A DNA stretch of 56,222 bases from an uncultured bacterium (GCA_903824595.1 CAIJXH010000008.1:1-56222); one strand, 5' to 3'. Positions 1 through 9,721 are shown, counted from the stretch's first letter. Notes: a model not told the origin generated them from the letters alone. Translations and numbers: made by a program.

Positions 1-51
1 GTCGGACACGTCCGAATCATACGCGGTGCGCATGCGCGTGGATTGTGAACT

Positions 52-90
52 CATATGGGTATATCAAGTGAACTCTGGTATACCCATATG
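52..90. repeat. Perfect 12-bp inverted repeat CATATGGGTATA-N15-TATACCCATATG (possible operator)
   Basis: Read directly at 52-63 and 79-90. The left arm contains a minus-strand ATG (52-54) that opens a reading frame (MSSQSTRMRTAYDSDVSD...) running off the left edge of the window. Confidence 0.5.
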
Positions 91-136
91 ATATCGCAAC
101 ATTTCTCACCGCACGGGAAGGGTTTTCAGACAGGCT

Positions 137-319
137 CTAGACCCCTTTCCCCTCCGCACCCTCTCCGACGAGGTATTTCACCAGGTCGAAGAGGGTCGCA
201 CTCTCGCACCGCTCCATAAAGCGGTCGAGTGCGCGATACCCTGAATCAAATTTCATGTTCTTTATCTCCATTTTCTCCATCAACCCACGACCATTCGCGA
301 GTTGAATAAAGAGGAGCAT
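137..319 (-). CDS. hypothetical small protein
   Basis: 60-aa ORF directly downstream of the 349..804 ORF on the same strand. No recognisable motif. Confidence 0.3.
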   Translation of the reverse strand: MLLFIQLANGRGLMEKMEIKNMKFDSGYRALDRFMERCESATLFDLVKYLVGEGAEGKGV

Positions 320-348
320 TTTGATGAGATGCTCCGGAACTCAAGACC

Positions 349-804
349 CTACCGCGCAAACTTGGCGCGGAGGGCACTGACCAACTCCGCGGCGCTTGGT
401 TGGGGCGCCGGAGGAGTCGCCTCCGGGGCGGGAGGCGACTCCTCTTTCACCTCCTTTGCTGCCTTTTCCGCCTCCTCTTTTTTCTTTTTTTCCAGTTTTT
501 CCAGGTACTCCTCCTCGAGGAGCACCTCGTCCCCCATAAGGAGGCAGCGGGCAAGCCCGCCATCCTCCATTTGGAGGAACAAATATGTGTCCCCCCTCTC
601 GCTGAAGCAGGTGGGGGGCGCCTGCTCCTGCGCCCGCACGACGAGACCGGCGTCCCCCGCCTTATAGGGGAACACACAAAGTGCACGCGCGGTAAGCCGC
701 GCCTTGCGCCCGATGAGGGCGCGGGCGCGCTCGTGCCTTTCGGCACCCTCCCGATGGGAGGCGCCGAGCGGGTCGTCTTCCGATCCATACCCCCAAAAAC
801 TCAT
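349..804 (-). CDS. hypothetical protein with Lys/Glu-rich and Pro/Ala-rich C-terminal tail
   Basis: ORF 349..837. An AGGAGG lies about 6 nt upstream of the internal ATG at 804 (MSFWGYGSEDD...), so that start is preferred. Confidence 0.55.
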   Translation of the reverse strand: MSFWGYGSEDDPLGASHREGAERHERARALIGRKARLTARALCVFPYKAGDAGLVVRAQEQAPPTCFSERGDTYLFLQMEDGGLARCLLMGDEVLLEEEYLEKLEKKKKEEAEKAAKEVKEESPPAPEATPPAPQPSAAELVSALRAKFAR

Positions 805-1276
805 TTTTTCCTCCTTGCGCCTCCGGCGCGTCTCCATTTGGGAAATCAGACCACCTGACCTCCCCTTTTAAGCACTCAAACGTTTGTCGCTTTTCATTTC
901 TTGTTTCAGTGCTTGAAAGGGGGGCGAATGACATGATTGCATGTATTCGCCCACAAGAGAGGCTCTGCTTCCTCGGGCTCTCCACTATCGCAGGGGACGC
1001 GTGCTTTTTTCTTTGCAGCATGTTCGGGCAATGTTGATCGCGCGAACAGAGGCTGTGTGGGGAAAGCAATGCCCCCAACCTTAGGTTTTACGGAGCAGGT
1101 TTTTGCTCCAAGTCTTTCGCGCTTGCCCCACCACGGACAGCAACGAAAAACGTGATTGTTCCGGTGTGCCGGTTTATCACCGTGCGGACGCCCCGCGTGC
1201 AGTGAAAGGTGCACAATGCACCTGCTTCGTATGTTGCCCTACGAAGCCGAGGGTCCCGCTCGGACAGCGATCGCCG

Positions 1277-1591
1277 TTAGGCGACGACCGTCACCAGGAG
1301 CCACTGGATGGTGGCTCCTGTCGGAAGGTGGGTGGCACCTTCCGGGAGACGCGGACCGCGGTACTGACCGACCAGTACCGTCTCACCCTTTGCAAGGGAG
1401 ACAGTGACACGGGCGGTAGCAATGGCAACGCCGAGCTGCTCGCTATACACGGCAGCTGTATCGGCATGACCAACAGCAGACACGAGATCTGCTGCGCAGG
1501 CACGCGCCTCGGTGAGCGGGATCTCCCTGACGCGCAGGTCGACGGTGAGGTCGGCCAGCATGTTCAGGGAGAAAGAGTTGAGCAGTTTCAT
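1277..1591 (-). CDS. DUF1874 / STIV B116-like protein
   Basis: MKLLNSFSLNML...SAVGHADTA...GETVLVGQYRGPRLPEG matches, from memory, the B116 pattern (LTNAFSINML...AIGHDST...GDEALII..QRLEEG). GGAGGAG lies upstream of the ATG at 1591. The longer track ORF (to 1765) is an unlikely start. Confidence 0.65.
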   Translation of the reverse strand: MKLLNSFSLNMLADLTVDLRVREIPLTEARACAADLVSAVGHADTAAVYSEQLGVAIATARVTVSLAKGETVLVGQYRGPRLPEGATHLPTGATIQWLLVTVVA

Positions 1592-1851
1592 TGTTGCTCT
1601 CCTCCCGCTCGTCATCCTGTATTCTCCGCACTTCAGCATGGGACACCACGCCTTATAGCGAATATTGAGGATGCCGAGGTTGGATATTTTGAAATAGGCA
1701 TATCCTGCCTTCGCGCACTCATGCGCACGAGTCGATGTGCGGTTAGTCCGCTCTCGCGCCACCAAGCACGCTCTGCATCCCCAGAGTAAGGGTCAATACT
1801 CTCCATCCTGGGATGGATTTCTTGACGTGTCCGCCGACACAGCCTTAGTCT

Positions 1852-2238
1852 CTAGCGTGCGAGGGGTCGAGTTTTGACTTCGATTCGCTCGATCACGTCA
1901 TAGTGACTGAAGCCAAAGACGTCGCGGCCGTTTGCGTCTTTCGACACAACCACCGCACGCCCATCTTTCCCGCGCTGAAATTCAGCACGAAGGATGAGCA
2001 CGTCTCCCAGCTCGCGCTTCGCGGTCGTGAGCTTCGCCAAGACCGGGACGGGAGCGACCGTTTCAATCGCGACCACGTTTCCGTGCTTGGCAATCAGCTC
2101 GACAACCGCACGCACAGGATCGTCGCCGTACGAAATGTCGTCGTCAACGACTTCGCAGTCGCTTCCAAACGCATTGCGCAACGCTTCGATCCGAGCAGCG
2201 TCTGCCGGATGGCGGGTAATCCGGATGACTTTTTTCAT
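1852..2238 (-). CDS. hypothetical protein
   Basis: 130-aa ORF. GGAG lies 6 nt upstream of the third-codon ATG (MKKVIRITRHP...). No motif recognised. Confidence 0.55.
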   Translation of the reverse strand: MKKVIRITRHPADAARIEALRNAFGSDCEVVDDDISYGDDPVRAVVELIAKHGNVVAIETVAPVPVLAKLTTAKRELGDVLILRAEFQRGKDGRAVVVSKDANGRDVFGFSHYDVIERIEVKTRPLAR

Positions 2239-2408
2239 CCGCATCTCCGCACAAACCGCTTATTTCCCTCACTTCGGTCCGGACTACCGACACCTTATAG
2301 AGAGTATTCGCGGCTGATGCTTGCCCTTCGATTGTTTCTCCGTCGGGCGCGGATAGCGCTCACTCATAGGCGTGACGCATGCCCAATGTTAGAGAAGAGT
2401 AGGGGATG

Positions 2409-2531
2409 TTATTCCTCGTCCTCTTCCAGATCGTCCGGATCATCGGAATATCCGCAAAGTGGACACTCCGACAAGCCGAGGCCGATATTTGCCCCGCATT
2501 TTGGGCAGAAGAGGTCTTCGTGGTCTCCCAT
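2409..2531 (-). CDS. zinc-ribbon small protein (40 aa)
   Basis: Manual translation gives MGDHEDLFCPKCGANIGLGLSECPLCGYSDDPDDLEEDEE*. It has CPxC...CPxC and an acidic tail. It is below the 60-aa cutoff of the ORF track. Confidence 0.45.
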   Translation of the reverse strand: MGDHEDLFCPKCGANIGLGLSECPLCGYSDDPDDLEEDEE

Positions 2532-2674
2532 GAGACTCTCCCATTTTTGTTTTGTCGCGCAGTTTATAGGTCACACGACTTCACCTGCCACCCGTGATTG
2601 TTTTGCCCCTACTGCCTCCAGAGGAGTACTCGGAGCTTCTGTTGCCACGCCGGAAATCAACCGGCACCGCGAAT

Positions 2675-3166
2675 CTAACGCCTAACCGCGGCATTCCCAC
2701 GTCTTGAGCCACGTTTCGACTGGCGCACACAGTCTTTATTAATGTGCCCCCGCACGAACGAGACTCGAGTCGGTGAGAAAACCACCTGGTATGGCATGAT
2801 GACACCTCTATGGCTGCAAACGACACAACCATCGTCCCATATCTCTACGGGACCTATGTGTCCGCCATGCCTTTTGGCGTTGAATCTCTCCGGCACAGGA
2901 GATTGTGCAGGGTACCCCATGACGAACAACTCCACGACAGAGAAGTTCAGGGCGTAGATATACCAACCCTTCGGCGGGCATACTACCTTGAACGGCATGT
3001 GGCGCTGTTCTTTCATAAGCAACTCCGCAACCTCCACGCTCTGGCATGGAAACGCGTGTATGATCTGTGGGATTTCTTTTCCCTCATGATCAAAGAACAC
3101 GAGCTTCCTTTCCACGCGTGAGCGGCAGTACTGCATGTACTGCTCGCAACGTACGAAGCAGTACAT
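2675..3166 (-). CDS. hypothetical Cys-rich protein
   Basis: ORF 2675..3289. A strong AAAGGAGG lies upstream of the internal ATG at 3166 (MYCFVRCEQYMQYC...). Confidence 0.5.
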   Translation of the reverse strand: MYCFVRCEQYMQYCRSRVERKLVFFDHEGKEIPQIIHAFPCQSVEVAELLMKEQRHMPFKVVCPPKGWYIYALNFSVVELFVMGYPAQSPVPERFNAKRHGGHIGPVEIWDDGCVVCSHRGVIMPYQVVFSPTRVSFVRGHINKDCVRQSKRGSRRGNAAVRR

Positions 3167-3701
3167 GAAAATGAACCTCCTTTGTTGGATGTGTCTGCAG
3201 GGTACTCGTCTCCTGCGTTGAGACGTTGCATGGTCCAGGTCCCGCTGGAATACAACGCGGTCATATAGACTGCTCTCAACAGAAGCCAACGAACCTCCGC
3301 TGGCAAAGTGCTTCTAGCAAGAAGAAGCGCGGTCGCTTTGAAGAGCCGACTACTCTCTTTACTAAAAACAAGGCCGACACCCATGCCTTGCTTCTAGCGG
3401 AGGCACCAGTCGAACGCCCACAGACCAAACTTCCACACCGTGTTCTTACGATGTAAAAGGGCTTCTGTGATCCAACTGACTCAACACACGAACGACCTCC
3501 TGACGAGTGTTTTCTTCTATCTATGCTATTTGTGTCAAAGATCAAACTCTTTGGGAATCCATTTCTGTCTTCCCTCGAATTGGGTAGTAAAGTAACTCAA
3601 GAAGAGTGTTATGTCAACATACACATATATAAATTGTCATGACAAAAACTGCCATACCTCTTGTTTTGGCGTATTTATTGCACTATTCCTGTCACAGGAA
3701 A

Positions 3702-3730
3702 TTGACAAAATAACAATAGTGGCATACAAT
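3702..3730 (+). promoter_or_regulatory. sigma70-type promoter of the trmB-like gene
   Basis: TTGACA (3702-3707), a 17-nt spacer, then TACAAT (3725-3730). The ATG is 8 nt downstream and no Shine-Dalgarno is present, so the transcript is probably leaderless. Confidence 0.55.
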
Positions 3731-3738
3731 GCAAACCT

Positions 3739-4536
3739 ATGTACACCGAAGGACTCGTTCAGGTCGGCTTTACCAAAGACCAGGCGCTCGTATACGAAGC
3801 GCTTCTCAAGCGCGGCCGCTGCCGTGTAAGTGAGCTCAAAAAGCACGTCCGACTTTCCCGTCCGCTCATCTATAAGGTGCTCGACCGGCTCGTAGAGGTG
3901 GGCATCGTGTCAAAAGAAGAAAAGCCCGGGTCGGTCGCCACCTTCGCCACTGCCCACCCACTCAAGGTGAAGACCCTCATCGACAAACAGCGAGAGCAGG
4001 CCGACAGCGCCAAAAATGCACTCGATGGCCTGCTGGGCAAGCTCATATCGGATTTCAACACCGTCTCCGGCCAGCCGGGTGTACGTATACTCGACGGAAT
4101 GAGAGGAGTGAAAGAACTGTACGAGGACATCCAAAACGAACGTCAGGACATGCGCATTATCCGCACGTCTCTTAGTTATGGCGATCTGAACATACGGGAA
4201 TTCATAACGCAGCAGGTATTGGAGCAAGCGGGACTCGGTATCCATACACGAGTACTGTCGCCGATTTCTGCCAAAATGACACCCTCGCACATCAAGCGCG
4301 ATCCGGAAAAGCTCATCGAGCGCCGCATCATTCGTATGTCAACGCCGGCGCAGGTGCTCATCTACGCCAACAAAGTCGCACTTATCTCCTTTGCGGAACC
4401 TATCATGACGACCATTATCGAAAACGTACCGATCAAGGAGACATTCGCTGCGTTATTTGAGTACCTGTGGGAAATGAGTGCGGCAGAGCATGAAAAATTG
4501 TATGCCGAAGTGATGGCGCGGCCAGAGGCAGAGTAA
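3739..4536 (+). CDS. TrmB-family transcriptional regulator
   Basis: N-terminal wHTH (GFTKDQALVYEALLKRGRCRVSELKKHVRLSRPLIYKVLDRLVEVGIV) typical of TrmB-type regulators. Confidence 0.85.
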   Translation: MYTEGLVQVGFTKDQALVYEALLKRGRCRVSELKKHVRLSRPLIYKVLDRLVEVGIVSKEEKPGSVATFATAHPLKVKTLIDKQREQADSAKNALDGLLGKLISDFNTVSGQPGVRILDGMRGVKELYEDIQNERQDMRIIRTSLSYGDLNIREFITQQVLEQAGLGIHTRVLSPISAKMTPSHIKRDPEKLIERRIIRMSTPAQVLIYANKVALISFAEPIMTTIIENVPIKETFAALFEYLWEMSAAEHEKLYAEVMARPEAE

Positions 4537-4561
4537 GAGCGATGGGCGTATACTTCCCCGC

Positions 4562-5689
4562 ATGGAACCGCTCGCCAGTAGAATACGACCGAAAAAGCTC
4601 GAGGAGTTTGTGGGGCAGGAACACTTGGTGGGAGAAAATAAGCCACTGCGGGTGGCGATTGAGAAAAAAGAGCTGTTTTCGTTCATTCTCTGGGGACCAC
4701 CGGGAAGCGGCAAGACGACACTGGCGCGGATCTATGCCGCTTCGGTAGGCGCGGATTTTTTCGAGCTCTCGGCGGTAGACGCGGGGAAAGACGACATCCG
4801 CAAGATCATTGGCTCTGGCAAGCCGCTGCGTCCGCGTGTGCTTTTTATCGACGAAATTCATCGTTTCAACAAAGCACAGCAGGATTTTCTGCTTCCCTTC
4901 GTGGAGCGCGGCGACATCACCTTTATCGGTGCGACGACCGAAAATCCGAGCTTCGAGGTGATCGCGCCACTGCTTTCGCGCTGTCGCGTGTTCGTGCTGC
5001 AAGAGCACGCCGACGGAGATATGACGAAAATTCTCGCGCGCACCAAGATCAAAATGCCAAAAGCCGCACGCGAATGGCTCACCCGCATGGCGGCTGGCGA
5101 TGCGCGTCAGGCGCTTACCGCACTTGAAACAGCAGAGAAATTGTACGGAGCGATTACCGTCGACTCACTCAAAGAATCCATCCAATCCAAACACCTGCGC
5201 TACGACAAACAGGGCGACGAGCACCACAATACCGTATCGGCATTCATCAAGAGCATGCGCGCAAGCCAGCCCGACGCCGCGCTCTACTACCTGGCACGCA
5301 TGGTAGAAGCGGGTGAGGATCCGCTTTTCATCGCGCGGCGCATGGTTATTTTCGCGAGCGAAGACGTGGGACTTGCGGCACCGACCGCACTCGTCGTCGC
5401 CAACGCCGTCTTCCGCGCCTGCGAAACCATCGGCTACCCCGAATGCGCGATCAACCTCGCCCACGGCGTTGCCTACCTCGCGGAGTCCAAAAAGAGTCGC
5501 GCCTCCTACGACGCCTTCCGATCAGCCCAAGACGATGTCGCGAAACACGGCAACCTCCCCATTCCCCTCCACATCCGCAACACCCCCACCAAGCTCATGA
5601 AGGAACAGGGGTACGGAAAAGGATATGAAATGTATTCGAAAGAAAGCTATTTGCCGGAAAAATTGAAGAGGAGGAGGTATTTGGAGTAG
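4562..5689 (+). CDS. rarA: replication-associated recombination protein A (AAA+ ATPase)
   Basis: RPKKLEEFVGQEHL, Walker A GPPGSGKTT, and the C-terminal MgsA-type region (ALYYLARMVEAGEDPLFIARR). Confidence 0.95.
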   Translation: MEPLASRIRPKKLEEFVGQEHLVGENKPLRVAIEKKELFSFILWGPPGSGKTTLARIYAASVGADFFELSAVDAGKDDIRKIIGSGKPLRPRVLFIDEIHRFNKAQQDFLLPFVERGDITFIGATTENPSFEVIAPLLSRCRVFVLQEHADGDMTKILARTKIKMPKAAREWLTRMAAGDARQALTALETAEKLYGAITVDSLKESIQSKHLRYDKQGDEHHNTVSAFIKSMRASQPDAALYYLARMVEAGEDPLFIARRMVIFASEDVGLAAPTALVVANAVFRACETIGYPECAINLAHGVAYLAESKKSRASYDAFRSAQDDVAKHGNLPIPLHIRNTPTKLMKEQGYGKGYEMYSKESYLPEKLKRRRYLE

Positions 5690-5724
5690 ATACGTCGCAC
5701 AATATTTACTGATACAATTCGGGA

Positions 5725-6642
5725 ATGACCGACCTCACATCCCTCAAGACCCAATTCCTTGAATACATCGAGATCGAAAAAGGGCGTGGCGTGAAGACTG
5801 TGGAGAATTATGATCGCTACCTCACCCGCTTTTTTACCGCTGCAAAAGTCACCTCCCCCTCCGCAATCACCGAGACGATGGTGCGCGAATTCCGTATCAA
5901 TCTGAATCGCTCCCCAGGCACCGCCGGCACCATGAAAAAGAATACGCAAAATTACCACCTCATCGCGCTCCGCGCGTTTCTAAAATTCCTCCGCAAACGC
6001 GACATTGCTTCCCTCAATCCCGAGCGCATCGAATTGGCAAAAGTAGGCGGACGTGACCTCGACCTCATCACCGCTGACGAACTCAATCGCCTCATGAACG
6101 CACCCAAAGGCGATACGCTCACCGCGCTGCGCGACCGCGCCATGCTGGAGCTTCTCTTCTCCACCGGTCTGCGCGTCTCCGAGCTGTGCAACCTCAATCA
6201 GGATCTCGATCTCTCGCGCGACTCATTTTCCGTGCGCGGCAAGGGCGAGAAAGTGCGCGTCGTGTTCCTCTCGGCTTCCGCAAAAAAAGCAGTCGCGGAC
6301 TATCTCAAAAAACGCGGCGATTTCGGCGAGGCGCTCTTCGTAAGCAATGGAACGATAGGTAAGAAGAAAGACCATGACAAATATGTGCCACGCCTCACTC
6401 CCCGCTCCGTCGAGCGCATCGTCAAACAGTACGCCACCCACGCCGGCATCACGCGCAAAGTCACGCCGCATGTCATCCGCCACAGCTTCGCCACCGACCT
6501 TCTCGAAAACGGCGCCGACCTTCGATCCGTGCAAGCACTTCTCGGACACTCCAGCATCACCACCACACAAGTGTACACTCACGTCACCGACAAACATCTT
6601 CTCGAAGTCCACAAAGCATTCCATGGGAAACGACGGGAGTGA
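5725..6642 (+). CDS. tyrosine site-specific recombinase, XerC/XerD family
   Basis: N-terminal SAM-like domain plus the catalytic C-terminus (HVIRHSFATDLLENGADLRSVQALLGHSSITTTQVYTHV). Confidence 0.9.
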   Translation: MTDLTSLKTQFLEYIEIEKGRGVKTVENYDRYLTRFFTAAKVTSPSAITETMVREFRINLNRSPGTAGTMKKNTQNYHLIALRAFLKFLRKRDIASLNPERIELAKVGGRDLDLITADELNRLMNAPKGDTLTALRDRAMLELLFSTGLRVSELCNLNQDLDLSRDSFSVRGKGEKVRVVFLSASAKKAVADYLKKRGDFGEALFVSNGTIGKKKDHDKYVPRLTPRSVERIVKQYATHAGITRKVTPHVIRHSFATDLLENGADLRSVQALLGHSSITTTQVYTHVTDKHLLEVHKAFHGKRRE

Positions 6643-6690
6643 CTCAATATCCAACCACCTTGCGACACGGTACAATAGCTCGATATCGCT

Positions 6691-7488
6691 ATGAAACTTG
6701 TTTCGTGGAACGTAAACGGCATCCGAAGTATTCACAAGAAAGGCGCTTTGGCACCGCTCATCGAAACCTTGAAACCCGATATTCTCTGCCTACAAGAGAC
6801 CAAAGCAGAGCAGGGACAATCCCCCATCGACATGCCTGACTATGAGGAATATTGGAATTCTGCACAAAAGAAAGGCTACAGCGGCACCGCAATATGTACA
6901 AAAGTGACACCAATAACCGTACACAATAATCTTCCTTCACACATCGTGAAACAATTCGATCTAATGCCCGATACATACGGCAACCCCAATACCGAAGGAC
7001 GTGTAATTGCTGCAGAATACAAGAATTTCTTCTTAGTCACTGTCTACACCCCAAATTCTAAAGGCGATCTTTCGCGCCTTTCCATGCGCCATTCACACTG
7101 GGATCCGGCTTTTTTGGCATACTGCAAAGAACTCGAGAGAGAAAAGCCAGTCATTTTTTGCGGAGATCTCAACGTCGCTCATACCCCAGATGATCTGGCT
7201 AATCCTAGGGGAAATGAAGGTTCTCACGGATTCACCACAGAAGAGCGTGGTGGATTAGATGCCATAATCACCGCAGGATTCGTCGATACATTCCGCCTTT
7301 TTACGAAAGGTGCGGGACACTACACCTGGTGGAGCAATTTTTCCAACGCCCGCGCACGCAACATCGGTTGGCGTATCGACTATTTTTTCGTAAGCAGCTG
7401 TCTCGCATCAAATATCGTCTCAGCACGCATCATGTCTGACCTATACGGCTCCGATCACTGCCCTATTATTCTCGAGCTGGATCTATAA
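6691..7488 (+). CDS. xth: exodeoxyribonuclease III
   Basis: MKLVSWNVNGIRS..., CLQETK, and the GSDHCPI C-terminus. Confidence 0.95.
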   Translation: MKLVSWNVNGIRSIHKKGALAPLIETLKPDILCLQETKAEQGQSPIDMPDYEEYWNSAQKKGYSGTAICTKVTPITVHNNLPSHIVKQFDLMPDTYGNPNTEGRVIAAEYKNFFLVTVYTPNSKGDLSRLSMRHSHWDPAFLAYCKELEREKPVIFCGDLNVAHTPDDLANPRGNEGSHGFTTEERGGLDAIITAGFVDTFRLFTKGAGHYTWWSNFSNARARNIGWRIDYFFVSSCLASNIVSARIMSDLYGSDHCPIILELDL

Positions 7489-7870
7489 AGGACAAGTTAT
7501 CCACACTCATGTCCTTTACAATGTCCGATATACCTATATTATTTCCACTAGGGATGCAGTCATTGGATTGTCATCCAGAAAGCCAAGCGCATTGTTCTTT
7601 GTAGTGTTTGTCCGTTATACATGAGGACAAACAAGGGCACAGCCCACGAATAAGCAGGTACAAAAACCTACAATATGGTGCATAGCACCAAAAACACTAA
7701 AGGACACGTACCGTTAGCTCGATTCGCACATACACCCCAAGCGCGAGGCATACATGCAGGCCGTTCCTATTGCTGGGTACACGTCAAAGAGAAACAAAAG
7801 ACGCGTACCCTCTATGGGAGCGGCCTTTTCTTTTGAGCCTCAGGCTCATACACACCACGACCCAATTGCC

Positions 7871-9343
7871 TTACCTCACGTGATATTTTTCACGTAATTG
7901 CTGTATATCAGCCTCATCTTCTTCTTCTTTACGCTCCTTTCCCGCTTTTCCTCGTTGCTCAAGCTCATGTTCAGGAAGCGCACGGAGTTCTTGAGTACGC
8001 TGCGTGAGATACTCAATAGAATTTTTATCTGGATTCTCAAGCACCTCTTCGAGCAACGCATGAAGTATCCATCCTACTCGAGGTCCTGGACGTTCTCCCA
8101 TTTCAATAATATCCAGCCCATGAATCTTTAGCATCCCTACCGAAATAGGATCGCGCAACGCCTCGTCAACCATCGACATGTACTTGCGCAGCCGAAATGG
8201 CTGCTCTTTCGGTCTCCCCGTTCCAACACGGTCGCATATACGTACATTCAGAAGATTTTTAATATGATCGGTCCCCACGTTGCATATCGTGCGACGTACG
8301 GCGGAAAGCGTTACGTGATCTGGATCAGAGAAAAACATGTGCCACCGAACCAGTTTCCAGACCGTATCAGTCATTTCAGCTGAAAAACGCAAATCGCGCA
8401 TGATTTTCTTGACCATATGCGCCCCCACAACCTCATGACCATGAAACGTCCAGTCTTTCTTATCTTCCGACCACGCTCGCACCACAGGCTTCCCTATATC
8501 ATGCAATAATGCCGCAAGCCTCACTTCGAGCGACCATCCTTTGTCGGCAGCGCATTGCAGTGAGCGCAACACATGCTCGAATACATCAAATGAATGCGCT
8601 TGATTTTGCTCTACGCCGATCGTCGCCTCCAGTTCAGGAATAATATGCTTCAAAACACCTAGCTTTTGAGCCACAAAAATAGCCTGGAGCGGTCGATCAC
8701 TCATAAGAATACGTACCCATTCATCACGAACGCGTTCGCGTGATATCTTCTCAAGCAGCACTGCGTTGGCTGCAATCGCATGCGCCGTACCACTTTCAAT
8801 AACAAAATCGAGCTCGGCCGCGAGACGCACAGCCCGCAACATACGAAGCGCATCTTCTTGAAAGCGCTCCGCGGGATTGCCCACAGCAACAATAACCCGC
8901 TTCACCATGTCTTCCCTGCCCCCATGCTCATCAACAAGCACTGAATGTCGCGGATCATATGCCATCGCATTTATAGTAAAATCTCGACGTTTTAGATCAT
9001 CTTCAAGATGCGTACTGAAACACACCGTATCGGGATGCCGAGCATTGGAATATGCGCCTTCTACTCGATAGGGAGTGATCTCTATCACCTTCATGCGAGC
9101 ATCTTTTGCGTCGGTCACCACACCCACGGTACCAAACGTATTTTCATAGAACGTTTCTGGAAATAGCGCTTGAATCTGATCGGGGTTCGCGCTCGTAGCA
9201 ACATCCCAATCCTTCGGCTCGCGCCCAGCGATAAGATCGCGTACGCAGCCACCGACGAGATACGCTTCATGTCCCCCGTCACGCAACACAGCGCAACACG
9301 TATCGATCTCTGCAGGAATTATTAGATGAATAGTCGATTCCAT
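7871..9343 (-). CDS. cca: CCA-adding enzyme (tRNA nucleotidyltransferase with HD domain)
   Basis: GGCVRD motif, RRDFTINA, and an HD domain (LLHDIGKP). Confidence 0.9.
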   Translation of the reverse strand: MESTIHLIIPAEIDTCCAVLRDGGHEAYLVGGCVRDLIAGREPKDWDVATSANPDQIQALFPETFYENTFGTVGVVTDAKDARMKVIEITPYRVEGAYSNARHPDTVCFSTHLEDDLKRRDFTINAMAYDPRHSVLVDEHGGREDMVKRVIVAVGNPAERFQEDALRMLRAVRLAAELDFVIESGTAHAIAANAVLLEKISRERVRDEWVRILMSDRPLQAIFVAQKLGVLKHIIPELEATIGVEQNQAHSFDVFEHVLRSLQCAADKGWSLEVRLAALLHDIGKPVVRAWSEDKKDWTFHGHEVVGAHMVKKIMRDLRFSAEMTDTVWKLVRWHMFFSDPDHVTLSAVRRTICNVGTDHIKNLLNVRICDRVGTGRPKEQPFRLRKYMSMVDEALRDPISVGMLKIHGLDIIEMGERPGPRVGWILHALLEEVLENPDKNSIEYLTQRTQELRALPEHELEQRGKAGKERKEEEDEADIQQLREKYHVR

Positions 9344-9402
9344 ACCGATATTGTACGGTACGCGTTGTGTTTCTGCGAACCGCCGCGTATTATTGCCTTA
9401 TT

Positions 9403-9474
9403 GCTCTCGTGGTGAAATGGATATCACAGCAGTCTTCGGAACTGCTATTCCAGGTTCGAATCCTGGCGAGAGCA
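9403..9474 (+). tRNA. tRNA-Arg (anticodon TCG)
   Basis: Manual cloverleaf: acceptor GCTCTCG/CGAGAGC, anticodon stem GCAGT/ACTGC, loop CTTCGGA, T-arm CCAGG-TTCGAAT-CCTGG. No CCA is encoded. Confidence 0.9.
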
Positions 9475-9485
9475 CTAGCATCATG

Positions 9486-9556
9486 TGCGGATACGGGGAA
9501 TCGAACCCCGATCTCGTCCTTGGCAAGGACGCGTTCTACCACTAAACCATATCCGC
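9486..9556 (-). tRNA. tRNA-Gly (anticodon GCC)
   Basis: The reverse complement folds with acceptor GCGGATA/TATCCGC, anticodon loop TTGCCAA and T-arm CGGGG-TTCGATT-CCCCG. Confidence 0.9.
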
Positions 9557-9673
9557 TACGCATAGTATGTTCGCATACTATCGACACTTATTCAACTTGC
9601 CCGCTCAATACACCAATCAAAATCACCATAAAAGACATGTCCTTTGTGGTCGTTAGGATGCGGCTCGATCGCC

Positions 9674-9721
9674 GTATCCACATGAGAGAAACTGTGGATA
9701 ACTCGGGGGATATGTGGATTA
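9674..9721. promoter_or_regulatory. cluster of DnaA-box-like 9-mers
   Basis: GTATCCACA (9674-9682), TGTGGATAA (9693-9701, the perfect complement of TTATCCACA) and TGTGGATTA (9713-9721), all in a 293-nt non-coding gap. Confidence 0.4.

Noticed and set aside
838-1276. ORFs 906..1214, 937..1155 and 662..1078
   Set aside because: They overlap one another and have no RBS, no motifs and a skewed composition. The region is treated as non-coding with hairpins.
5725-6642. The XerC/D-type recombinase as the integrase of the islands
   Set aside because: It sits 15 kb or more from the nearest insert, among housekeeping genes (rarA, xth). It looks like a chromosome-dimer resolvase. The link cannot be excluded, but nothing in the sequence ties it to the att-like repeats.
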